From an uncultured bacterium (GTDB taxonomy: Bacteria > Chloroflexota > UBA5177 > JANWHV01), in contig CAWHAE010000020.1 in assembly GCA_963827235.1 (NCBI GenBank), positions 96,001 to 160,000 on the forward strand: a stretch of DNA of 64,000 bases, written 5' to 3'. The notes below the pieces were generated by a model that was not told the origin of the DNA, made no database searches, and was given only the letters and a program-made list of their open reading frames with translations. Positions 31,918 to 41,005 of the stretch are shown here, in pieces. Positions within the stretch are counted from its first letter, which is position 1, and every line of letters begins with the position of its first letter. The position numbers were made by a program, and so were the translations under genes.

Positions 31918-33048
31918 TCAGCCGTCGAACCGCGGCACGTCGACGCCTTCGCCGCCGACCATGGCCGATGCGTGGGCGCAGACACCGGCCGCTGTCCAGT
32001 CGGCCGCGGTCACGGCGTCGACGGTGGGCGCACGTCCTTCGACGATACTGCGTACGAACTCGTGTACCAGGTGAGGATGCGATCCTCCGTGCCCACCGCC
32101 CTGGACGAACGAAAGGTGTGTGTCGAACGCGTTGTACACGCCGCGTTGCGTGAAGGGCGCGATCTCGGGCGGCAAAAGGTCGGGGCGGTCGGGAACGGTG
32201 ACGCGCTCCACGCGGATTGGCCGGCCTCGTCCAGGCTGCAGCGGCTCCATGCTGAAGACTACCGGCTGCTCTTCCTCGATCTGCTGCCACTCAAACGAGC
32301 ACCTTTCGCCGTACACCGAAAAGCACTCGGTGTAGGCGTGCGCCGTGTGAAAGAGCGTCCGCGTGACCTCGAGCGCCGTACTGGTGCCTTCGAGGTTGAA
32401 GATCGCCGTCTCCGCCGGGTACGGATTGCCGTGCTGGCTGCGCAGCTCCTCGCGCATTTCGCCGGATCCGCAACAGTGAACTCGCCGGGCCCGGGTGCCG
32501 GACAGGCGCAGCAACGGCGAGATGGCGTGCGTGGCATAGTGCATTGGCGGCAGTCCCATCCAGTAGCTCGGCCAGTTCTCCATGTCCTGGTAGTGCGCGC
32601 CGCGCAGCATCTGCAGCCGTCCGATCTCGTCGCGGGCCATCATCGCCTGCACGAAGAGAAACTCGCGCGTGTAGACGGCGGTTTCCATCATCATGTAGTT
32701 CTTGCCGGCCTGCCGTTGCGCCGCCACTATCCGGTGCAGGTCCTCGATCGACGTGGCCATAGGCACGGTGCACGCGCAGTGCTTCCCCGCTTGGAGAACG
32801 GCGACGGCCTGATCGGCGTGCATGGGTATCGGCGTGACCAGGTGGATGGCGTCCAGGTCGTCCTGAAGCAGCCGGCCCAGATCCTGGAACCGGCCCTGCA
32901 GCCCGTACCTGTCGCCCACGGCAGCCAGAACCGCGGCGCTCGAATCGCAGATCGCCACACTCTCCACGTCTGGATGGGCCAGGTAGATGGGCACGAACTC
33001 GGCGCCGAATCCCAGCCCTGCGACGCCAATGCGCAGTCTACTTCGCAT
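31918..33048 (-). CDS. Gfo/Idh/MocA family oxidoreductase
   Basis: IGVAGLGFG Rossmann motif, TPIPMH, GKHCACTVPMA, HYATH, GGGHGGSHPHL. Confidence 0.88.
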   Translation of the reverse strand: MRSRLRIGVAGLGFGAEFVPIYLAHPDVESVAICDSSAAVLAAVGDRYGLQGRFQDLGRLLQDDLDAIHLVTPIPMHADQAVAVLQAGKHCACTVPMATSIEDLHRIVAAQRQAGKNYMMMETAVYTREFLFVQAMMARDEIGRLQMLRGAHYQDMENWPSYWMGLPPMHYATHAISPLLRLSGTRARRVHCCGSGEMREELRSQHGNPYPAETAIFNLEGTSTALEVTRTLFHTAHAYTECFSVYGERCSFEWQQIEEEQPVVFSMEPLQPGRGRPIRVERVTVPDRPDLLPPEIAPFTQRGVYNAFDTHLSFVQGGGHGGSHPHLVHEFVRSIVEGRAPTVDAVTAADWTAAGVCAHASAMVGGEGVDVPRFDG

Positions 33049-33265
33049 CTGACGGCCTCCTTCCCGAGGCTTCTCACGGCATAGTACCCGACGGCGACAT
33101 GCTGCCCGCCTCGTCCGTGTGCTCTACGAGGCGTGCGAAGTGCTCGCGGTCCGGCTGCGATCGGTTCCTCCACGAGCGCGCCGCGGAGGCTCGAAAGGTA
33201 CGGCACCCCCCTTTACGCCCGAGCCGCCTGCCATGCGTTTCTCCGGCGGCCGGGCCACGTTGCTG

Positions 33266-35581
33266 CTAGACGTCGACCTCGATGCGATGCGCGCCGGCAT
33301 GCGGCAGAATCCTCACGCCGTTCTCGCTCGCCTCATGTCGCGCTCCCCGCACGGCGGTCACCGAGCGCACGCCGCGGAGCACGATCGTCCACGGTTTACC
33401 GGCGCCGGTGGCTTCGACGGCGATCCGCCGTCCCTTCCGTGTGCAGGTGACCCGCAGGTCCTCCTGGCCGGTTGGGCCGCTCACCGTGGTCGTTGCCTGA
33501 GCACCGTCCTGCAAGGCAAAGAGGTGAAGCTCGACGTCCGAGGCGAAGTCGTAGTCGGGCCTGGCGTCAACGCTGCCCAGGGCTACTAGGCTCCCCGGCC
33601 GGACGTAGACCGGCAGGCTGAAGTAGCCGTGGTGCTCGTGCCGCCACGTTCCGCCCTGTACCTGCTCGCCGGTGAAGAAGCTCGTCCACGTGCCCTCAGG
33701 CAGGTAGAACGAGACGGAGCCGCCCGGCGAGAAGACCGGCGCTACCAGGAGCGAGCCGCCCAGCATGTACTGCCGATCGAGGTAATCGCAGGCAGGATCG
33801 CCCTCGAATTCCAGTACCATGGCGCGCAGCACCGGCAGTCCGCTCTGCGTGGCTTCCATGGCGGCAGCGTACAGATAGGGCATCAGCCGGCACTTGAGCT
33901 TGACGAAATAGCGCAGAACGCCAACCGACTCTTCGTCGAAGAGCCAGGGCACGCGGTAGGAACTCATACCGTGCAGGCGGCTGTGGCTCGAGGTCAGACC
34001 GAAGGCGATCCAGCGCTTGTAGAGGTCCGGCGTGGCCGTGCCCTCGAAACCACCGATATCGTGGCTCCAGAAGCCGAAGCCGGAAAGACCGAAGGAAAGG
34101 CCGCCTCGCAGGGTCTCGGCCATCGATGAGTATTGCGATCCGCAGTCGCCGCCCCACTGAATGGGGAAGCGCTGGCTTCCCACGGTCGCCGATCGCCCGA
34201 AGATGACTGCCCTGCCGGCACCGTGCGCGCGCTCCAGCATGTCGAAGACGGTCTGGTTGTAGAGCAGGGCGAAGTAATTGTGCATCTTGACCGGGTCGGA
34301 GCCGTCGTGGTAGACGACGTCGACCGGGATACGCTCGCCGAAATCGGTCTTGAAGCAGTCGATACCTATCTGCACGAGGCGGCGCAGTTTGTCTGCATAC
34401 CAGGTGCAGGCCACTGGGTTGGTGAAGTCGACCACACCCATGCCCGGTTGCCAGAGATCGGTCTGCCACACGTCGCCGTTCGGCGTTTTCAGGAGATAAC
34501 CGTGCTCGGCACCCTCGTCGAACATAGGCGACTGCTGCGCAACATAGGGATTTACCCACAGGCAGAGCCGTATCCCGCGTTCCTTGAGCCTCCGGATCAT
34601 GCCCTCAGGGTCCGGGAAGGTCCTGCGATCCCACTCGAAATCGCACCACTGGAAGGGCCTCATCCAGTAGGGATCGAAGTGGAAAACGCTGAGCGGAATG
34701 TCCCGCTCCAGCATACCGTCGACGAAATGGGATACCGTGGCCTCGTCGTAGTCCGTGGTGAAGGAAGTGGAGAGCCAGAGTCCGAAGCTCCAGGCCGGCG
34801 GCAGCGCGGGCCGGCCGGTTAGCGCCGTGTAGTTGGACAGCACTTCCTTCAGGCATGAACCGCCTATCACGAGATAGTCCAGGCTTTCGCCGGTCACACT
34901 GAACTGCATCTTGGCGACGCGTTCAGTACCCACTTCAAAGGTCACGTTCTCGGGATGGTTGACGAGCACGCCGTAGCCGCGGTTGGTCATGTAGAACGGT
35001 ATGTTCTTGTATGCCTGGTCGGAAACGGTGCCACCGTCTCGATTCCACATCTCGACGCTCTGCCCGTTCTTGACGAACGCCGTGAAACGCTCCCCAAGGC
35101 CGTAGGCACACTCGCCAACAGCCAGCTCGAGCTGCTCGCGCATGAACGGTCCCTGGTCGTCCGTGAGCACATATGCCAGGTTCCCTACCGCGCTTTCGGT
35201 CAACAGCCGCCCGTCGTAGAGAAAGGTCATCCGCCAGCACTGCTTGTCGATCCTGGTCTCAAGCTTTCCGCTCTTCAGCACGAGCGATGTCTCCGTCTCG
35301 CTGGTCTGCGCTCGCGTGCCGGACCCGGCAATATTGAAGTGCGGGCCGCGGACCCGCATGCCCTTGAAGTGGCAGAGCTGGATTCTGACCACTCCCGGCA
35401 GCGGTGAGGTCACGCGCACGCCGATCTGGGGCACGTTGTCGATGGTGCCTCGCTCGGGCAGGTGCTGGGTCGAGGCAAAGAGCGTCAGGCTGTCCTGCCC
35501 AATCACCCAATCTCGGGCTTCCGCGGCCTGATAGATACGGACACCAGCCCGCGCCTGCCAGACCCCATCTGTGAATTTCAT
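33266..35581 (-). CDS. yicI: GH31 alpha-xylosidase (YicI-like)
   Basis: MKFTDGVW, YGLGERFT, AYKNIPFY, WLSTSFTTDY, nucleophile FKTDFGERIP, WGGDC, WSHDIGGFE, HSRLHG. Confidence 0.9.
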   Translation of the reverse strand: MKFTDGVWQARAGVRIYQAAEARDWVIGQDSLTLFASTQHLPERGTIDNVPQIGVRVTSPLPGVVRIQLCHFKGMRVRGPHFNIAGSGTRAQTSETETSLVLKSGKLETRIDKQCWRMTFLYDGRLLTESAVGNLAYVLTDDQGPFMREQLELAVGECAYGLGERFTAFVKNGQSVEMWNRDGGTVSDQAYKNIPFYMTNRGYGVLVNHPENVTFEVGTERVAKMQFSVTGESLDYLVIGGSCLKEVLSNYTALTGRPALPPAWSFGLWLSTSFTTDYDEATVSHFVDGMLERDIPLSVFHFDPYWMRPFQWCDFEWDRRTFPDPEGMIRRLKERGIRLCLWVNPYVAQQSPMFDEGAEHGYLLKTPNGDVWQTDLWQPGMGVVDFTNPVACTWYADKLRRLVQIGIDCFKTDFGERIPVDVVYHDGSDPVKMHNYFALLYNQTVFDMLERAHGAGRAVIFGRSATVGSQRFPIQWGGDCGSQYSSMAETLRGGLSFGLSGFGFWSHDIGGFEGTATPDLYKRWIAFGLTSSHSRLHGMSSYRVPWLFDEESVGVLRYFVKLKCRLMPYLYAAAMEATQSGLPVLRAMVLEFEGDPACDYLDRQYMLGGSLLVAPVFSPGGSVSFYLPEGTWTSFFTGEQVQGGTWRHEHHGYFSLPVYVRPGSLVALGSVDARPDYDFASDVELHLFALQDGAQATTTVSGPTGQEDLRVTCTRKGRRIAVEATGAGKPWTIVLRGVRSVTAVRGARHEASENGVRILPHAGAHRIEVDV

Positions 35582-35719
35582 GGTCAGCGAGCCTTCCTAC
35601 TGCACGCTGCGAGCAACGGCGTCGATACACGACACGCGTTGAGTAGACCGCCGAGAATGCCGGAGCGATGGATCGCGAGGCCGATCCTGCCGCTGCGCCC
35701 ACCCGATGAGATCCACGAG

Positions 35720-36754
35720 TTATGCCGTTGCTCTCTGGATCAGCTCGAGCTGTACGGTCTCTACGATGCACTCGCTCCCGCTCGCCCGCACGGCGCGCAG
35801 GATAAGCGAGGCGGCTCGGCGACCCAGCTCGGCGAATGGGATCCGCACCGTCGTGAGCGGAAGCAGGAGCTCCTGGGCGAACGGAATGTCGTCGAAACCG
35901 ACCACTGCCATGTCGGCCGGTATCCTTCGACCTCTGTCGCGAAGCACGTCGATGGCGCCGAGTGCCAGCTGGTCGTTGGCCGCGAATACTGCCGTCGGAT
36001 GCTGGTCGAGCGTCAGCAGCACCTCCATGGCCGCTATGCCGTACGATGAGGTCCAGCCGCCTCCCTGGATGAGGTCCACGTCCACGGGCAGGGCCGCCGC
36101 CGCCATGGCTCGCTTGTAGCCGTTGGCTCGGTGCAGAGACGACACTTGTCGCGAGTCTCCGCGAATATGCGCTATCCGGCGATGGCCTTTGTGGATCAGG
36201 TACGAGGTGGCTTTGAAGGCAGCGCTCTCGTCGTCGTAGGTGACGGCACTGACGTTGAAGCGCGGCGCGCTTGGGCGCTCTACGGTGACGCAGGGTACGC
36301 CCGCGGACACTATAACTTCCAAGATGTCGTCCGTCACCGGTGGGTCCTGTGCCAGGCGGAGGACCAGCCCGTCGACGCGCCCGCTGTGGAGCAGCTCAAC
36401 CAGGCCGGATAGATCCTCGCCCGTGCCTATCCAGTATGGGAGCATGTAGTGGCGCTGCTCCTGCAGGGCCCGGCTCAGGCCGGTGAGAACGCCCGCGTTG
36501 TAGGGCGAGGCGAACGAGTAACGAGGAGAGTAGTCGTAGTAGACAAAGGCAATCGTGCGCGTGCGCTGCATGCGCAGGTCGCTTGCCGAAGCGCTCGGAT
36601 GGTATGACAGGGCCTCAATCGCCGCGAGCACGCGGTCTCGTGCCTCGGGAGATGCCGCGCGAGGGCCTCCATTGACAACGTAGGAGACGACGGCAGGCGA
36701 CACACCGGCGAGCGTCGCCACGTCTCGACGCGTAGCACGCTTCTTCTCCCCCAT
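35720..36754 (-). CDS. LacI family transcriptional regulator
   Basis: ATRRDVATLAGVSPAVVSYVVN HTH, GHRRIAHI, AVFAAND, VVGFDD, LTTV. Start set at ATG 36754. Confidence 0.93.
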   Translation of the reverse strand: MGEKKRATRRDVATLAGVSPAVVSYVVNGGPRAASPEARDRVLAAIEALSYHPSASASDLRMQRTRTIAFVYYDYSPRYSFASPYNAGVLTGLSRALQEQRHYMLPYWIGTGEDLSGLVELLHSGRVDGLVLRLAQDPPVTDDILEVIVSAGVPCVTVERPSAPRFNVSAVTYDDESAAFKATSYLIHKGHRRIAHIRGDSRQVSSLHRANGYKRAMAAAALPVDVDLIQGGGWTSSYGIAAMEVLLTLDQHPTAVFAANDQLALGAIDVLRDRGRRIPADMAVVGFDDIPFAQELLLPLTTVRIPFAELGRRAASLILRAVRASGSECIVETVQLELIQRATA

Positions 36755-37108
36755 CACCTGCTCCGCTCCACTCCCTGCAGCATCCATGCTTCCCGAGACC
36801 AACGCGAGCCGGGCCGCCCGTTCGAGCGCTCCCGGCTGGCACGGCACCCGGCTATCCGGCACCATCTACCGGCCGAGGCTGCCAACCAGATGCCGCACCC
36901 GTGCACTGCCGGCTCTGCGCGCTCGGAATCACGGCTGTGCCTACGGTTGCCACGTGCCACGCCCGCCACTCTCCTCGCACGATCTGCTGCGGCACTGAAG
37001 GTGGTTCTCGACCACCGCAGTCGTCGCGGCACGGTCACACGTGGGATCGTGCCAGGCTGGTTGGCTCGTGTGCCTGTACCCGTAGCCGCGGGTACCGTGC
37101 GCAGCCCC

Positions 37109-37159
37109 ACTATACATCAATCAACACGTGTTGACAACACGTGTTGATCTGCGTATACT
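37109..37159. promoter_or_regulatory. Overlapping divergent sigma70-type promoters with two tandem palindromes (candidate LacI operators)
   Basis: Plus strand TTGACA(37131)-17 nt-TATACT(37154). Minus strand TTGTCA(37137)-17 nt-TATAGT(37114). CAACACGTGTTG occurs at 37122 and 37135. Confidence 0.8.
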
Positions 37160-37685
37160 ACGGCCAGTTCAGGACTGAGTCCCGTCGCCGCGGGTATGTC
37201 TCGGAAGGGCGCAGAGCGGTGTGCGGCAGTACTGCGATTGGCCGGTTGCAGGAGGCGCGTGGATGGCGCTCGAGCGGGGGGACATGGTGGTCCGGAGATA
37301 CGCGGCCCGCGAGGAGCCGCCGGCGGCGCTCGCGCTCGCCGGCACTCTGCGCGGTTAGTTGTCCGCAGGACCACATCTATTCCGTCGCTCAAATCGATTT
37401 GAAGATCGATGGCGCGTGTCCCTCGTGTCGCTTGGGCCCCAGTGGGCGTCCGGGGCAGTGCAACAGGCTGCGGCTGAGAGGAGGTGATTACCCGGCCGAA
37501 GATCGTGAATGCAGCGTGTCGATGTGACTGGCTCGGACCTGAGCGCTCTGGCCAAGGGCGCGTCCTTCGTGAGCGGCGGGTCGTATGATCCGGCCGCGGC
37601 GGTCAATGGTGAATCAGCTGAGGCAAGGCATCGTCCACAATCGCGTGAACCAGGTTACACGGGCTGAAGACTGGAGATTCCTGTA

Positions 37686-38999
37686 ATGAGCAATGACAAG
37701 CGCCTCTCTCGACGAAGTTTTCTTGGCACGGGTGCCAAGGTTGGGGCGGGACTGGCCCTGGCGAGTGCCGGTCTCGATCTGTCTGCTCGAGCATCGGAAG
37801 CGGCCGGCGGCGTCAACCTGACGTACATGGGCCTGGGCAATAATCCCGCTCCCTTCGACCACGCCCAGCAGAACTGCATGGCGCAGTTCAACGCGTCCCA
37901 CCCCGGCATCACCGCCAAGTACATTTCGGAACCGCCAGGGGAAGCCGATAACGGCCACAACAAGATGGTCACCCTGTTCTCGGCGCATGACGGCTCGGTT
38001 GACATTTTCGACTCGGACGTGATCTGGCAGGCCCAGTGGGCGCCGGCCGGCTGGGCGCAGCCGCTCGACAGCATCTTCCCGGCCTCCCTGCAGAAGCAAT
38101 ATGCACCGGGCATGATTTGGGCCGATACCATCGGCTCTCACATCTACGGTGTCCCGTGGCTGTTTGACGTCGGGCACCTGTTCTATCGCAAGGACATCCT
38201 GGACGCCGAGGGGCTCAAGCCGGCAGCCACCTGGCAGGAGCTGCATGACCAGGGCGTCATGCTGCTCAAGAAGTACCCCAAGATGATACCGTTCGTCGGC
38301 TGCTACCAGCCGGGTCAGCAGCTTATCTGCAACTTCATGGAGTACTCCTGGAGCGCCGGCGGCGACTTCCTCGATCCCAAGACAGGTGCTGTGATCTTCA
38401 ATAGCCCGCAGAACCTCCAGGCCCTGGAGATGATGATCAGCTACATTAAGGACAAGGTGGTGCAGCCGGGCATCACCACCATGGAGCTGGACGCCGGGCG
38501 CACGATCTTCAGCAGCGGCAACGCCATCTATCACCGCAACTGGAACTACGCCTACGCCGAGGCAGAGACGAATCCCAAGCTGACGGGCAAGATCGGGGTG
38601 GCGAACCCGCCGCACTTCTCCGGCTTCCCCTCCTACTCCTGTGCTGGCGGCTGGCAGTACGTGGTCAACGCGTATAGCAACCACGTCAAGGAGGCTATGG
38701 AGCTGGCCTTGTTCCTTGGCAGCTACAAGATGGAGGTCTACAAGACACTCCAGAGCGGCTGGAGCCCGGCATACATGTCGGCAAACAGCGACGCGTCAAT
38801 CGTGGCGAAGTATCCGTCGTTCCCGGTCCTGGTCGAGCAGGCCAAGATCGAGAAGTCGCGGCCCAAGACGCCGTTCTGGACGGAGATGTCGACCATCGGC
38901 GAACAAGAGCTTGTCAACGCCATGATCGGCAAGAAGACGCCTCAACAGGCGCTTAAGGACGCCCAGGGTAAGATCGAGGCAGTCCTAGCCGGCGCCTAG
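37686..38999 (+). CDS. Sugar ABC transporter substrate-binding protein with Tat signal
   Basis: SRRSFL twin-arginine motif, DVIW, LFYRKDIL, RNWNYAY, SRPKTPFW. Confidence 0.92.
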   Translation: MSNDKRLSRRSFLGTGAKVGAGLALASAGLDLSARASEAAGGVNLTYMGLGNNPAPFDHAQQNCMAQFNASHPGITAKYISEPPGEADNGHNKMVTLFSAHDGSVDIFDSDVIWQAQWAPAGWAQPLDSIFPASLQKQYAPGMIWADTIGSHIYGVPWLFDVGHLFYRKDILDAEGLKPAATWQELHDQGVMLLKKYPKMIPFVGCYQPGQQLICNFMEYSWSAGGDFLDPKTGAVIFNSPQNLQALEMMISYIKDKVVQPGITTMELDAGRTIFSSGNAIYHRNWNYAYAEAETNPKLTGKIGVANPPHFSGFPSYSCAGGWQYVVNAYSNHVKEAMELALFLGSYKMEVYKTLQSGWSPAYMSANSDASIVAKYPSFPVLVEQAKIEKSRPKTPFWTEMSTIGEQELVNAMIGKKTPQQALKDAQGKIEAVLAGA

Positions 39000-39107
39000 G
39001 CGCGAGCGCTAGGAAGCGCGAGTCCGTGCCGCACTGCGGGCGGTGATGCTGGCCAGCACGGCCGCATCACCGCCCGCCAATGCGGACGCCAGCCGGAGGA
39101 GGAGTGC

Positions 39108-40079
39108 ATGGGCGAGAGTGTAGCACCGCCGGTCCTCGTGGAAGGCGGGCCGGTGCAGCCAAGCGGTGGCAGGATGCATCGGTGGACCCGGATACGCACG
39201 TACGGCCTGAATCGCCACCAGCTTGCCTGGGCGTTGTTCCTGCCGTCCGTGATCGTCTTGGTCGCCGTGCTGGCCTACCCGGCTGGGCGCACCATCTACA
39301 TGGGCATGACCACGGACCGGCTCGATGAGCCGTGGCTTGGCCAGCCGTTCACCTGGTTCCGGAACTACCACCTGTTGCAGCAGCAGCCGGATTTCTGGAA
39401 CTCACTGGAGATGTCCGCCTACTTCACGGTGGGCTGCGTCGTTGCCGAGTTCCTGCTCGGTATGATCGTGGCGCTGGTCGTGAACGAGTCGTTCCGCGGG
39501 CGTGGCCTGATGCGCGCGGCCATGCTGGTCCCATGGGCGATCCCTGTGGTGCTGTCTGCCCGACTGTTTCAATTCATGTATGACGTCGAGTATGGTCCAA
39601 TCACGTCGATACTGCGCGATCTTCACCTGATAGGTCCCACCTTCGACATTCTCGCCAGCGACACCTGGGCAATGCCGGCACTCATCTTCGCCGACGTCTG
39701 GAAGAACACGCCGTTCGTCGCCCTGCTGCTGCTGGCAGGCTTGCAGAGCATCCCATCTGACCTGTACGAGTCGGCCCGCGTGGACGGGGCAAATGCGCTT
39801 GGGCGCTTCACGAATATCACGTTGCCGCTCCTCCGCGGTAGCATTGCCATTGCCCTGCTCTTCCGTACCATCGGCGCATTCCAGACGTTCGACCTTCCCT
39901 ATGTGCTGACCCAGGGCGGTCCCGGCACCGACACGGAGGTGCTGTCGCTGCACGCCTATCGCACGCTCTTCTCCTACGTCAACTTCGGACTGGGCAGCGC
40001 CATGTCCACGGTGCTCGCACTGATCTGCATCATCGTGGCTGCCGTGTTGTCGCGCCAGCTGACGCTCGAGCAAGCCTGA
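39108..40079 (+). CDS. Carbohydrate ABC transporter permease (MalF-like)
   Basis: ADVWKNTPF, YESARVDGA, LTQGGPG. Confidence 0.93.
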   Translation: MGESVAPPVLVEGGPVQPSGGRMHRWTRIRTYGLNRHQLAWALFLPSVIVLVAVLAYPAGRTIYMGMTTDRLDEPWLGQPFTWFRNYHLLQQQPDFWNSLEMSAYFTVGCVVAEFLLGMIVALVVNESFRGRGLMRAAMLVPWAIPVVLSARLFQFMYDVEYGPITSILRDLHLIGPTFDILASDTWAMPALIFADVWKNTPFVALLLLAGLQSIPSDLYESARVDGANALGRFTNITLPLLRGSIAIALLFRTIGAFQTFDLPYVLTQGGPGTDTEVLSLHAYRTLFSYVNFGLGSAMSTVLALICIIVAAVLSRQLTLEQA

Positions 40080-40092
40080 GGAGGGCAGAGAG

Positions 40093-40989
40093 ATGGCAAC
40101 ACTCGTCGGCCAGACTGCCGGAAGCTCGGTGCGTACGCGCGGCAGCAGGCGCCATCAGAGAAACAGAGCATTGCGGCTCCTGCTGCTCTGGATACTCAAC
40201 GCGCTGTTCCTGCTGTTCTTCCTGTTCCCGTTCTACTGGCAGACTATCAGCTCGCTGAAACCGGACTCAGAGATTGAGCACATCCCCATCATGTGGGCGC
40301 CGAGCCGTCTTGATTTCAGCCACTACTACAACGTGTTTCACGCCCCGTACACGTATGGACAAGCAATCGTCAACAGTGTGATCGTGGCCACGGTCTCCAC
40401 AGCCATCGCCATGCTGCTGGGCACGCTCTCGGCATACGCTCTGGCACGACTGCCGCTTCCGGCCAAGCGCACTATCCTGGTGCTGGTGATTGTGATGGTG
40501 ACGTTCCCGGCCATTGCATTGGTGAGCTCGTTGTTCGTCTTCGAGCGCGACCTTGGCCTGACCAACACCTACTTTGGCTACTTCGTCCCTTACGTCACCT
40601 TCTCCTTGCCATTTGCCATCTGGGTGCTTACCAACTTCTTCCGCGACATTCCGGCCGAGCTCTCGGAGCAGGCGGAGGTTGACGGGTGCACGCCGGTGCA
40701 GTCACTGGTGCGCGTGATCCTGCCGCTGTCTGCGCCGGCGCTGGTGACCGCAGGGTTGCTGACCTTTATTGGGGCCTGGAACGAGTTCCTATTTGCCTTC
40801 ACGTTCATGAGCCAACCCACCATGTACACGGTACCGGTGGCGATGTACTTCTTCGGCGGCATCCACAACGTGCCCTGGGGCGAGCTGACGGCGGCCTCGG
40901 AGGTGACATCGCTGCCTATCGTAGCGCTCGTACTGATTTTCCAGCGACTTATCGTGCAGGGATTGACTGCTGGCTCTCTCAAGGGCTGA
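40093..40989 (+). CDS. Carbohydrate ABC transporter permease (MalG-like)
   Basis: EQAEVDGC, WNEFLFA, FQRLIVQGLTAG. Confidence 0.93.
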   Translation: MATLVGQTAGSSVRTRGSRRHQRNRALRLLLLWILNALFLLFFLFPFYWQTISSLKPDSEIEHIPIMWAPSRLDFSHYYNVFHAPYTYGQAIVNSVIVATVSTAIAMLLGTLSAYALARLPLPAKRTILVLVIVMVTFPAIALVSSLFVFERDLGLTNTYFGYFVPYVTFSLPFAIWVLTNFFRDIPAELSEQAEVDGCTPVQSLVRVILPLSAPALVTAGLLTFIGAWNEFLFAFTFMSQPTMYTVPVAMYFFGGIHNVPWGELTAASEVTSLPIVALVLIFQRLIVQGLTAGSLKG

Positions 40990-41005
40990 GCGGCGGAAGG
41001 AGTTT

